64,000 bases of DNA from Acidimicrobiia bacterium (GCA_035637335.1 DASPXI010000046.1:1311-65310); one strand, 5' to 3'. Numbered from the stretch's first letter, positions 28,072 to 36,568 are shown. Program-made: numbers and translations. Notes: a model not told the origin generated them from the letters alone.

Positions 28072-28272
28072 GTGAAGGTGGTGCTGCGCAACCCGCGGCG
28101 CGAACTCGAGGTGCCGGGACCGCTCACTGTGTCCGCGCTCCTCGAGCGGCTGCAGCTGAATCCCGAGTCGGTCCTGGTGATCCAGGGGGACACCCTCGTC
28201 ACACGCGACGCGCGCCTGGCCAACGCCGACGTCGTGGAGATCCGACCGGTGACCTCGGGGGGCGCGACATGA
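28072..28272 (+). CDS. ThiS/MoaD-family beta-grasp sulfur-carrier protein (TtuB-like) ending in GGAT
   Basis: 66 aa ending ...VVEIRPVTSGGAT. GGGAGG lies upstream. The start could be GTG 28072 or GTG 28078. The stop overlaps the ttuA ATG. Confidence 0.65.
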   Translation: MKVVLRNPRRELEVPGPLTVSALLERLQLNPESVLVIQGDTLVTRDARLANADVVEIRPVTSGGAT

Positions 28273-29210
28273 AATGCCGCGTCTGCCGAGGCCCGGCGGT
28301 GATCGACATCCGGCGTCACAACGCCGCCTTTTGCCGCTCGCATTTCCTGCACCACTGCCGCGAGCAGGTTCGCCGGGCGGTCGACGAGCACGACATGATC
28401 CACGCCGGCGATCGGCTCCTCGTGGCTGTCTCCGGCGGCAAGGACTCGCTGGCGCTGTGGGACCTCCTCGTCGACCTCGGCTATCGCGCCGACGGTCTCT
28501 ACCTGGGCCTCGGCATCGGCGAGTACTCTCAGGACTCGGGAAACGCGGCGCGGTCGTTCGCCCACGACCGTGGCTTCGAGCTCCACGAGGTCGACCTGGC
28601 GGGCGACTACGGGTACGACGTTCCGGGAGCGGCGGCCGCAACCCACCGAGCGCCGTGCGGGGCCTGCGGCTTGTCGAAACGTCACCTCTTCAACGCGGTG
28701 GCGGTCGAGCGTGGTTACGACGTCGTGGCGACGGGTCACAACCTCGACGACGAGGCGGCGGTGCTGCTCGGGAACGTCCTGCGCTGGGAGGCCGGCTATC
28801 TCGGTCGGCAGCATCCGGTTCTGCCGGAGGCGCCCGGCTTCGTACGGAAGGTCAAGCCGCTCTACCGGCTGGCAGAACGAGAGACGGCCGCGTATTGCGT
28901 GCTGCGAGGCATCGATTACCAAGTCGAAGAGTGTCCGATGGCCGAAGGGAACCGGCACCTCGGATACAAAGACGTGCTGAACGCGCTCGAGGACCGCTCG
29001 CCCGGCGCCAAGGCCTCGTTCCTGTTCGGATTCATCGACCGAGCGCACGACCGCTTCGTCGACGAGGCCGACGAAGAACGAGCGTCCCTGCAGCCGTGCG
29101 CGAGATGTGGTTCACCGACGACGGGCGACGTCTGCGCGTTCTGCCGGCTGCGTGACCGCGTCGGCGCGGTCGGCGAGTCGGTCGACGTCATGCCGCGCGA
29201 GCGGGGATAG
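28269..29210 (+). CDS. ttuA: tRNA 2-thiolation PP-loop ATPase (TtuA/NcsA family)
   Basis: N-terminal CxxC...CxxH zinc finger, SGGKDS PP-loop, CGACG Fe-S ligands and a C-terminal CARCG...CAFC finger. Confidence 0.8.
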   Translation: MKCRVCRGPAVIDIRRHNAAFCRSHFLHHCREQVRRAVDEHDMIHAGDRLLVAVSGGKDSLALWDLLVDLGYRADGLYLGLGIGEYSQDSGNAARSFAHDRGFELHEVDLAGDYGYDVPGAAAATHRAPCGACGLSKRHLFNAVAVERGYDVVATGHNLDDEAAVLLGNVLRWEAGYLGRQHPVLPEAPGFVRKVKPLYRLAERETAAYCVLRGIDYQVEECPMAEGNRHLGYKDVLNALEDRSPGAKASFLFGFIDRAHDRFVDEADEERASLQPCARCGSPTTGDVCAFCRLRDRVGAVGESVDVMPRERG

Positions 29211-29214
29211 CGCC

Positions 29215-29997
29215 ATGCGTCGTCCGTTCACTGTCGGCGATCGTGTGCTGCTGGTCGACTCGAAGCGCCGCCGGCACCTCGTCACCTTGACCGAGGAGGG
29301 CAGCTTCCACTCGCACGCGGGAGTCGTGCCGCACTCGGCGATCATCGGGCACGAGGAAGGCGTCACCGTGCGCACGTCGCTGGGCAAAAAGCTCATCGCG
29401 GTGCGCCCCACGCTGGCGGAGTACGTCCTGAAGATGCCGCGGGGTGCGCAGGTGATCTATCCGAAGGATCTTGGCCCGATTCTCATCCTCGCCGACCTGT
29501 TCGCAGGCGCACGGGTCTTCGAATCCGGCATCGGTTCCGGCGGCCTGACCATGACCGTCTTGCGCGCGATCGGTCCCACCGGCCACTTGACCGGCTACGA
29601 GATCCGCGGCGATTTCGCCGACCGCGCCCGACGGAACATCGAGGGCTTCCTGGGGGCGGACCTGCCGCTCGACATCGAGGTCTGCGACACCTACGGGGGG
29701 ATCGAGGTCGACGATCTCGACCGGGTCCTGCTCGACCTTCCCGAACCGTGGCGCGCGGTCAAGCACGCCCAGGCCGCGCTGCGGCCGGGCGGCATCCTGC
29801 TTTCGTACCTCCCGACGATCGGCCAGGTCGCGCGCCTGCGCGAGGAGCTGGCTTCGTCGGCGTTCGGCATGATCGACACGCTCGAGGTGCTCGAGCGTCA
29901 CTGGCACGTCGACGGCCAATCGGTCCGACCTGAGCACCGGATGGTCGCCCACACCGGGTTCCTCACCCACGCGCGCCTGCTCGTTCCTGGCGAGTGA
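29215..29997 (+). CDS. trmI: tRNA (adenine58-N1)-methyltransferase TrmI
   Basis: Gcd14/TrmI-like sequence starting at ATG 29215, with the SAM motif VFESGIGSGGLT. Confidence 0.85.
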   Translation: MRRPFTVGDRVLLVDSKRRRHLVTLTEEGSFHSHAGVVPHSAIIGHEEGVTVRTSLGKKLIAVRPTLAEYVLKMPRGAQVIYPKDLGPILILADLFAGARVFESGIGSGGLTMTVLRAIGPTGHLTGYEIRGDFADRARRNIEGFLGADLPLDIEVCDTYGGIEVDDLDRVLLDLPEPWRAVKHAQAALRPGGILLSYLPTIGQVARLREELASSAFGMIDTLEVLERHWHVDGQSVRPEHRMVAHTGFLTHARLLVPGE

Positions 29998-31172
29998 ACG
30001 TCCTCGACGTCGTGATCGTGGCCGCGGCGGGCGCGGCCGGCTACTTCGGGTACCGGCTCGGGTTCGTGGCACGCGTCGCGTCGTGGGTCGGGCTCGCGAT
30101 CGGTGTCACGCTCGCCGTCGCCTTCGTCGACGACGTGCTCGACCCGTTGAGCTCGCAGCCGTCCCAGACGCGGCTTCTCATCGCGCTCGCGTTCTTCCTG
30201 GTCCTCGCCAGCGCCGGCCAAGCGTTGGGCTTTGCGGTGGGCATCGCGCTCCGTCGCCGTCTTCCCGCACGCGCCGGGGTCCATCGCAGCGATCGCATCG
30301 GTGGCGCCGTCGTCGGCGTGATCGGAGTGCTCGTTGCGGTGTGGTTGCTCGTACCGGCCTTGACGAGCGCGTCAGGTTGGCCGGCACGCGCCGCCCGCGA
30401 CTCGCAGATCGTCCGCGCAATCAATCGCTACGCCCCCGACCCACCTCCACAGGCCGAGCGGCTGGGCCGAAGGGTCGCCGAAGGACCGTTCCCGGAGGTC
30501 TTCTCCCGGCTCAATGGTCCCGGCGATGTCGGCGCGCCGCCGACGAAGGCCCTCGCTCCCGACGTTGCCGCGCGCGTCGCGTCTTCGACGGTCCGAGTCG
30601 AAGGCGAAGCGTGCGACCAGATCCAAGCCGGCAGCGGGTGGGTGGCGGGCTCGGACCTCGTCGTCACCAACGCGCACGTCGTCTCGGGGGAGCGCAACAC
30701 GCACGTCGAAACGAACGACGGCCGGCGCCTCGCCGCAACCGTCGTCGCGTTCGATCCGGGCCGCGATGTCGCGGTGCTGCGCATCCGCAACCTCCGTCTC
30801 TTCGCGCTGCCGCGGGCCGACGGGAGGGACGGCATGGCGGGCGGGGTCTTCGGCTATCCGGGCGGTGGGCCTCTCGTGATCTCGCCGGCGCGGATCGCCG
30901 AGACCGTGAACGCCGCCGGCACCGACATCTACCGCACGGGGCGGACGAGGCGGCAAGTGTTCGTGATTGCCGCCGAGCTCCGCCCCGGAGACTCGGGCGG
31001 TCCGCTGGTAGATCAATCGGGTCGCGTGGTGGGGGTGGCGTTCGCGATCGACCCCGGCCAGGACGCCACTGCGTACGCGCTCACACGCGCCGAGTTCGAC
31101 GCCGTGCTCGGACCCGTTTTGAACGGCGGCGGGCAGTCGGCCGTCGGCGCGGGCCCATGCCTGGTCGGCTAG
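29994..31172 (+). CDS. MarP-like membrane serine protease (CvpA N-domain plus trypsin-like S1 domain)
   Basis: Four N-terminal TM segments. Catalytic-type motifs VVTNAHVV and GDSGGPLV. Confidence 0.8.
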   Translation: MNVLDVVIVAAAGAAGYFGYRLGFVARVASWVGLAIGVTLAVAFVDDVLDPLSSQPSQTRLLIALAFFLVLASAGQALGFAVGIALRRRLPARAGVHRSDRIGGAVVGVIGVLVAVWLLVPALTSASGWPARAARDSQIVRAINRYAPDPPPQAERLGRRVAEGPFPEVFSRLNGPGDVGAPPTKALAPDVAARVASSTVRVEGEACDQIQAGSGWVAGSDLVVTNAHVVSGERNTHVETNDGRRLAATVVAFDPGRDVAVLRIRNLRLFALPRADGRDGMAGGVFGYPGGGPLVISPARIAETVNAAGTDIYRTGRTRRQVFVIAAELRPGDSGGPLVDQSGRVVGVAFAIDPGQDATAYALTRAEFDAVLGPVLNGGGQSAVGAGPCLVG

Positions 31173-31352
31173 CGAGGACGAGTGAGGATTTGAGTAGTCG
31201 TTACTCAGGACCGCGACCGCGCGGTGGAGTGCGATGCGGGCATGAGCCGGAAGATCTGGGGCGCAGTGCTCGTACTTGGTGTCGTGATGATTCCCATCGG
31301 GGTCGTTTGGATGGCCTAAGCGATCACGCAGTCCGACTCGTCCGCGAGCGGC

Positions 31353-31565
31353 ATGTCCGGCAGCGATGCTGTGTGGCCGATCGTCGCGTTCTTTGTGGCT
31401 TTCATCGGCGGAACCCTGGTCACGGTCGGAAGCCTCGGGTTCATCTTCCGGTGGATGAACAGCGACGACGATGACAGCAGGTTCGACCTGTCTCCGTCGG
31501 AGACGATCGCCCAGGCCGTGCCGAAGACGAGGGCCGGTTGGGGCGGCGACGCTACCGAGGGCTGA
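31353..31565 (+). CDS. Small membrane protein (70 aa), hypothetical
   Basis: Track ORF with one clear TM helix (WPIVAFFVAFIGGTLVTVGSLGFIF). The stop lies 4 nt before three-box copy B. Confidence 0.35.
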   Translation: MSGSDAVWPIVAFFVAFIGGTLVTVGSLGFIFRWMNSDDDDSRFDLSPSETIAQAVPKTRAGWGGDATEG

Positions 31566-31569
31566 CGCG

Positions 31570-31660
31570 GCGACGGCGGCTTTGCCGACTGCCGTTGCAA
31601 AGCCCGAGCATGCGAGGGCGACAGAGAAGCAGAGCCGGAGCTTGCGACGGCGCCAGACAG
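31570..31660 (+). promoter_or_regulatory. Three-box element, copy B (orphan, with a tandemly duplicated 3' half)
   Basis: GCGACGGCGGCTTTGCCGACTGCCGTTGCAAAGCCCGAGCATGCGAGGGCGACAGAGAAGCAGAGCCGGAGCTTGCGACGGCGCCAGACAG. Confidence 0.6.
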
Positions 31661-31668
31661 ACGCGACG

Positions 31669-31691
31669 GGCCCCGGGCAGGGGTCCGGGCC
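31669..31691. terminator. GC-rich hairpin between copy B and the 3' end of fdx
   Basis: GGCCCCGG-GCAGGGG-TCCGGGCC. It could terminate fdx (minus strand) and/or a plus-strand transcript carrying copy B. No clear U-tract. Confidence 0.35.
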
Positions 31692-31721
31692 TCGTGAACT
31701 TCGTGTTGCGGGGCGCGAGTC

Positions 31722-31958
31722 CTAGTCGACCTCGATGAAGATGCACTCACCGGGGCATTCCTCGGCCGACTCGATGACCGCCTCCTCCATCCCACCGGGC
31801 ACGTTGGCGAGCCCCTCGGCACCGCCCGGCTTCTCGAAGACCTTGTCGCCCTCTTTGACGTAGGCGAGGCCGTCGTCGAGCAGCGTGAACACGTCGGGTG
31901 CGATCTCCTCGCAGAGGCCGTCGCCGGTGCAGAGGTCCTGATCGATCCAGACCTTCAT
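31722..31958 (-). CDS. Ferredoxin (small single-cluster type)
   Basis: 78 aa with CTGDGLC...ECPGEC cluster ligands. Confidence 0.85.
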   Translation of the reverse strand: MKVWIDQDLCTGDGLCEEIAPDVFTLLDDGLAYVKEGDKVFEKPGGAEGLANVPGGMEEAVIESAEECPGECIFIEVD

Positions 31959-32101
31959 CGTGACGTCCGTCTCCTTGTCTCGGTCGTCTCGAGCGTTCAG
32001 GTTCGGGGGTTCCGGTCCCGCCGCGCTCTGATGAGCGTTCCAGGACCAGAGTACGGAACCGAGGTTATCCCGTCAATTTGTCAAGCGCAGATAGGGTAAA
32101 T

Positions 32102-32115
32102 TTTGAGGCCTCAAA
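32102..32115. promoter_or_regulatory. Perfect 14-bp palindrome TTTGAGGCCTCAAA in the fdx/arc divergent region (candidate operator)
   Basis: Seen directly. It sits in the only AT-rich patch of this intergenic region, 72 nt upstream of the arc start. Confidence 0.4.
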
Positions 32116-32186
32116 GTGCCCCGGGATCGTAAGAACCCGGGTGTAGGGTGCGCGGCGAGTGCCCGTCCGCAGTGGGAGGTGGTCAC

Positions 32187-33941
32187 GTGGCCTCCGAGCA
32201 CGAGCGACGCCTCGGAGAATACGAACGCCAGGTTGGTGAGCTCCAGCAGCAGGTGAAGGCGCTGGAGGAGGAAGTCGTCGTCCTGCGGCGTCGGCTGCAG
32301 GACGCTCCGAAGCGGGTGCGGACGCTCGAGGAGCGGCTGCTCGAGACGAAGGGCCAGCTGGCGCAGGCCGTCTCCCAGAACGAGAAGCTCTCGGCCACCT
32401 TGCGCGAGGCGCGCGAGCACATCGGCGCGCTGCGCGAAGAGGTCGAGAAGCTGACGATGCCGCCGTCGGCTTACGGGACGTTCCTCACCTCCAACGACGA
32501 CGGCACCGTCGACGTGTTCACGGCCGGCCGCAAGATGCGCGTCGCCTTGCATCCCGAGCTCGACGTCGACGAGCTCCAGCGGGGCCAGGAGGTCGTGCTC
32601 AACGAATCGCTCAACGTCGTGCTCGCGCGCGGCCACGACGTCGCCGGTGAGGTCGTCACGCTGAAGGAGCTGCTCGAAGACGGCCGACGCGCGCTCGTGG
32701 TCGGGCGGGCCGACGAGGAGCGCGTCTGCGAGCTCGGCACCGGCCTGTTCGGCGAGCGACTCCGCGCCGGCGACCACCTGCTGATGGAGACCCGATCGGG
32801 TGTGCTGGTCGAGCGGCTGCCACGTCCCGAAGTCGACGAGCTCATCCTCGAAGAAGTGCCCGACATCACGTACGGCGATGTCGGTGGGCTCGACGACCAG
32901 ATCGAGCAGATCCAGGACGCCGTCGAGCTTCCGTATCTGTATGCAGATCTCTTCCAGGAGCACCAGCTGCAGCCGCCCAAGGGGATCCTGCTCTACGGCC
33001 CGCCCGGCTGTGGCAAGACGCTCATCGCGAAGGCGGTCGCCAACTCGCTCGCGAAGCGCGTGGCGGAGAAGACGGGCGACAGCACGACGCGCTCGTACTT
33101 CCTCAACATCAAAGGCCCGGAGCTGCTCAACAAGTACGTGGGCGAGACCGAGCGCCAGATCCGGCTCATCTTCCAGCGGGCTCGGGAGAAGTCGGAGGAA
33201 GGCGTGCCCGTGATCGTCTTCTTCGACGAGATGGATTCGCTGTTCCGCACGCGCGGGTCAGGCATCTCCTCCGACATCGAGAGCACGATCGTCCCGCAGC
33301 TGCTCGCCGAGATCGACGGCGTCGAGAGCCTCAAGAACGTCATCGTGATCGGCGCCTCGAACCGAGAAGACCTCATCGACCCCGCGATCCTTCGGCCCGG
33401 CCGGCTCGACGTGAAGATCAAGATCGAGCGTCCCGACCGAGAGGCAGCGCGCCAGATCTTCAGTCGCTACCTGCGCGACGAGCTGCCGATCGCCGACGAG
33501 GAGAGCACGGAGCACGGCGGGAGGCGGCAGGCGGTTGCGTCGATGATCGAAGCCGCGGTCGACAGGATGTACGCCGACGACGAGGACAACCGGTTCCTCG
33601 AGGTCACCTACCAGAACGGCGACAAGCAAGTCCTGTACTTCAAGGACTTCGCCTCCGGCGCCATGATCGAGAACGTCGTGCGGCGGTCGAAGAAGATGTC
33701 GATCAAGCGGCAGATCGCCGGGGGCGAGAAGGGCATCTCGAGCGCCGACCTCATCGACGCGATCCGGCAGGAGTACCGCGAGCACGAGGACCTGCCGAAC
33801 ACGACGAATCCCGACGACTGGGCGAAGATCTCGGGGAAGAAGGGCGAGCGCATCGTCTTCGTGCGCACGCTGCTCGCCGACGACGAGGGCACCGGTGGCG
33901 GCCGGCAGATCGAGCGCGTCACCACCGGGCAATACCTCTGA
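32187..33941 (+). CDS. arc: Proteasome-associated AAA ATPase ARC/Mpa
   Basis: N-terminal coiled coil, Walker A GPPGCGKT, and the C-terminal GQYL 20S-docking motif. GTG 32187 is preceded by GGGAGGTGG. Confidence 0.92.
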   Translation: MASEHERRLGEYERQVGELQQQVKALEEEVVVLRRRLQDAPKRVRTLEERLLETKGQLAQAVSQNEKLSATLREAREHIGALREEVEKLTMPPSAYGTFLTSNDDGTVDVFTAGRKMRVALHPELDVDELQRGQEVVLNESLNVVLARGHDVAGEVVTLKELLEDGRRALVVGRADEERVCELGTGLFGERLRAGDHLLMETRSGVLVERLPRPEVDELILEEVPDITYGDVGGLDDQIEQIQDAVELPYLYADLFQEHQLQPPKGILLYGPPGCGKTLIAKAVANSLAKRVAEKTGDSTTRSYFLNIKGPELLNKYVGETERQIRLIFQRAREKSEEGVPVIVFFDEMDSLFRTRGSGISSDIESTIVPQLLAEIDGVESLKNVIVIGASNREDLIDPAILRPGRLDVKIKIERPDREAARQIFSRYLRDELPIADEESTEHGGRRQAVASMIEAAVDRMYADDEDNRFLEVTYQNGDKQVLYFKDFASGAMIENVVRRSKKMSIKRQIAGGEKGISSADLIDAIRQEYREHEDLPNTTNPDDWAKISGKKGERIVFVRTLLADDEGTGGGRQIERVTTGQYL

Positions 33942-33997
33942 CCTGCGGCGACCAAGCAACGCTGTGCGAGGGCGCAAGGGAAGTAAGGGCGTACGGG

Positions 33998-34003
33998 TAG
34001 GCT
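33998..34003 (+). promoter_or_regulatory. Candidate -10 box (TAGGCT), 7 nt upstream of the dop GTG (leaderless geometry)
   Basis: GGGTAGGCTGAACGCC-GTG, with no Shine-Dalgarno between them. Confidence 0.4.
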
Positions 34004-34010
34004 GAACGCC

Positions 34011-35498
34011 GTGGCCGTGCCCAAGGTCTGTGGGATCGAGACCGAATACGGCGTCGCGCTTCGCGGAGCAACCGACGCCAACCCGGTGCTGGCCTCGTCG
34101 ATGCTCATCAACGCCTACGTCGAGCACCGCAAGGTGGGCTGGGACTTCGAGGACGAATCACCGGGCCGCGACGCCCGCGGCTTCGCCCGTGAGGGTGCGT
34201 CGCCGCCGGAGATCGAGACCCACCTCGTCAACACCGTGCTCACCAACGGTGCGCGCTACTACGTCGATCATGCGCATCCGGAGTATTCGACGCCGGAGTG
34301 CGCCGACGTGCTCGAGCTCGTCTGCGCCGACAAGGCGGGGGAGCGGATCCTCGCCCGTTCGATGAAGGCGGCCAGACACCTCCTCGGCTCGGGGCAGGAG
34401 ATCGTCGTCTACAAGAACAACACCGACGGGAAGGGCAACTCGTACGGCTGCCACGAGAACTACCTGGTCGACCGGGCGGTGCCCTTCGCCACGCTGGTTC
34501 GGCACCTGCTGCCGTGGTTCGTCACCCGGCAGGTGTTCACCGGCGCGGGCAAGGTCGGGGGGGAGAACGGCACCGGGCACACCGGCTACCAGCTGAGCCA
34601 GCGCGCAGACTTCTTCGAGGAAGAGGTCGGCCTCGAGACCACGCTGAAGCGCCCGATTGTCAACACCCGCGACGAGCCGCACGCCGACCCGCAGAAGTAC
34701 CGGCGGCTGCACGTGATCGTCGGTGACGCCAACCTGTGTGAAGTCGCGACGTTCCTGAAAGTCGGAACGACCGCCGTTCTGCTGGCGATGATCGAAGACG
34801 ACTTCATCGACAAGGACTACTCGATTGTTTCGCCCGTTCCCGCGATGCGCGCCGTCTCCCACGATCCTGAGCTGCGGGCGACTGTCGAGCTCGTCGACGG
34901 AGGGACGATTTCCGCGGTCGACCTGCAGTGGGAGTTCCTTCGCCTCGCTCAGAAGTACGCCGACGATGTCGGCCTCGAAGCGTGTGGTGGCGAGGAGCTC
35001 GGGCAGCAGGTGCTCGCCCGGTGGGAGTCGACGCTCGCAGGGCTCGAGCGCGACCCGATGACGCTCAACGGACAGCTGGACTGGGTCACGAAGCTGGAGC
35101 TGCTCGACGCGTACCGCGAGCGTGACGGCATCGATTGGGAGGACCCGAAGCTGGCGCTGCTCGACCTCCAATACCATGACGTGCGCCCTGAGAAGTCGTT
35201 GTTCGAACGGCTGGTGCGGGCGGGTAAGGTCGAGCGGTTGGTCGAGGAACCCGACGTGACGACCGCCATGACCGAACCGCCTGCGAACACCCGTGCATAC
35301 TTCCGAGGCCAGTGCCTGGCCAAGTGGGCCGACGCGGTCGTGGCCGCCAACTGGGACAGCCTCATCCTCGACGTGGGCAGCGATCCACTGCGACGCATCC
35401 CGATGATGGAGCCGCTGCGGGGAACGCAGGCCCACGTCGCGTCGTTGTTCGAGGAGTGCACGACCCCGGCCGAGCTGGTGGCTCGGCTGGCGTCGTAG
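34011..35498 (+). CDS. dop: Pup deamidase/depupylase Dop
   Basis: 495 aa, GIETEYG N-terminus, Pup-ligase/carboxylate-amine ligase fold with the extra Dop-type insertion relative to PafA. Lies next to pup. Confidence 0.9.
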   Translation: MAVPKVCGIETEYGVALRGATDANPVLASSMLINAYVEHRKVGWDFEDESPGRDARGFAREGASPPEIETHLVNTVLTNGARYYVDHAHPEYSTPECADVLELVCADKAGERILARSMKAARHLLGSGQEIVVYKNNTDGKGNSYGCHENYLVDRAVPFATLVRHLLPWFVTRQVFTGAGKVGGENGTGHTGYQLSQRADFFEEEVGLETTLKRPIVNTRDEPHADPQKYRRLHVIVGDANLCEVATFLKVGTTAVLLAMIEDDFIDKDYSIVSPVPAMRAVSHDPELRATVELVDGGTISAVDLQWEFLRLAQKYADDVGLEACGGEELGQQVLARWESTLAGLERDPMTLNGQLDWVTKLELLDAYRERDGIDWEDPKLALLDLQYHDVRPEKSLFERLVRAGKVERLVEEPDVTTAMTEPPANTRAYFRGQCLAKWADAVVAANWDSLILDVGSDPLRRIPMMEPLRGTQAHVASLFEECTTPAELVARLAS

Positions 35499-35511
35499 GA
35501 GGTCACCCCCC

Positions 35512-35706
35512 ATGCCCGAACGAGAGCGCAAGCAGCGCCCGGCACCGAAGGAACGCGTCGAAGAAGAAGTCGAAGACCTCGCGCCCCCGAAGCAGGGCGA
35601 GAAGATCAAGGAAGAGCTCGACGATCTTCTCGACGAGATCGACAGCGTGCTCGAGGAGAATGCGGAGGACTTCGTAAAAAGCTATGTTCAGAAGGGCGGA
35701 GAATAG
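35512..35706 (+). CDS. pup: Prokaryotic ubiquitin-like protein Pup, C-terminus GGE
   Basis: 64 aa, acidic helix ...[31 protein letters not shown] Shine-Dalgarno upstream. Confidence 0.92.
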   Translation: MPERERKQRPAPKERVEEEVEDLAPPKQGEKIKEELDDLLDEIDSVLEENAEDFVKSYVQKGGE

Positions 35707-35762
35707 AGCGCTGCTCGTCCGCTGATTTAAGCTCTATAGACATAGCTGTCATACCTGCTTCG

Positions 35763-35768
35763 TACAAT
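35763..35768 (+). promoter_or_regulatory. Candidate -10 box (TACAAT), 7 nt upstream of the endonuclease VII ATG
   Basis: Near-consensus hexamer in a locally AT-rich 70-nt stretch. Leaderless geometry. Confidence 0.45.
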
Positions 35769-35775
35769 TCCGAGC

Positions 35776-36339
35776 ATGAAGCGTTGCAAGAAGTGCGGTG
35801 CGTTGAAGCGCATCGACGACTTCTACCGGAACGGGGCACGCGACAGTCGTAGGCCTGAGTGCAAAGCGTGCACAAACGCACTGCGACTGAAGCGATATCG
35901 GCTCAATCGGGAAAAGGAGATTGCGCGCGTTCGAGCATGGCAGCGCGCAAATCCTGATCGAGTGAAAGCGTGGCGCGAGAAGAACCGTGACCGTCGCCTT
36001 GAGCAGCTGCGCGAGATTCATCTGCGCAACAAGTTCGGCCTCACGGTTGACGAATACAACCGCATTCTCGAAGCGCAGGGCGGTGTGTGTGCGATCTGCG
36101 AGAGCCCTCCCACCCCGGGGATCTCGCTGCATGTCGACCATGACCACGGCACGGGCGAGATCCGCGGTCTGCTGTGTGTGCGCTGCAACAACGCGCTCGG
36201 ACTGTTCCGGGAAGACACCGATCTGCTCAAGCGCGCTGCTCGCTATGTCAGCGCCGACGCCAAGCACCGGTCGCAGCGCACCAAATGGGAGCGGCTTGCC
36301 CGCGGACGGGCGCTCGCGTTGCGGGGGAGTGCGGCGTAG
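35776..36339 (+). CDS. Recombination endonuclease VII family protein (free-standing, low-GC)
   Basis: CAICE-x11-HVDHDHGTGEIRGLLCVRCNNALG matches the endonuclease VII zinc/His-Me finger core. Codon usage is visibly less GC-biased than in the neighbours. Confidence 0.8.
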   Translation: MKRCKKCGALKRIDDFYRNGARDSRRPECKACTNALRLKRYRLNREKEIARVRAWQRANPDRVKAWREKNRDRRLEQLREIHLRNKFGLTVDEYNRILEAQGGVCAICESPPTPGISLHVDHDHGTGEIRGLLCVRCNNALGLFREDTDLLKRAARYVSADAKHRSQRTKWERLARGRALALRGSAA

Positions 36340-36348
36340 GCTGCGCGT

Positions 36349-36549
36349 ATGGCGTATCCCGGGATCTCCGGTGGCGGAGTTCCACCAGGGCCGGTGGCGG
36401 GGGAGTACGCCCGGGCCCACGCTCAGGCTGCAGCGGCGCAGAACCGGTTGCCGTCGGCCGAAGTGCTGCAAGGCATGGACGACGAGCGACGCGTTCGACG
36501 ACTTCGGCGTGTGCTGCGGTTCTGGCGACTGTTCGGCCGCGTTCGCTGA
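36349..36549 (+). CDS. Small hypothetical protein (66 aa)
   Basis: Track ORF. TAGGCT at 36337-36342 lies 6 nt upstream of its ATG. No family recognised. Confidence 0.3.
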   Translation: MAYPGISGGGVPPGPVAGEYARAHAQAAAAQNRLPSAEVLQGMDDERRVRRLRRVLRFWRLFGRVR

Positions 36550-36562
36550 GACAACGCCCGTG

Positions 36563-36568
36563 TAGGCT
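36563..36568 (+). promoter_or_regulatory. Candidate -10 box (TAGGCT), 9 nt upstream of the prcB ATG
   Basis: GTGTAGGCTCGCTCGGCG-ATG, with no Shine-Dalgarno. Confidence 0.35.

Noticed and set aside
31471-31725. Reading the three-box element as a conserved peptide (..TAALPTV.A.PELATA..). It is in frame in the track ORFs at 2618, 31471, 38557 and 40770.
   Set aside because: - Differences between copies are mostly non-synonymous (P/L, A/T, Q/K/G) and occur as paired, helix-preserving changes.
- The frame is fused to the gene in copy A only. It ends in a stop in copy D and is out of frame with pafA in copy C.
- This behaviour fits an RNA/DNA element, not a coding sequence.
32078-32102. Possible mycobacterial RecA-NDp/PafBC-type promoter (TTGTCR..-N8-TANNNT) upstream of arc.
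   Set aside because: - TTGTCA is present, but the TANNNT candidates start 14 or 19 nt from the first T, not the expected ~17 nt.
- The GTG part of the motif is absent.
- It is kept only as a loose resemblance inside the arc/fdx region finding.
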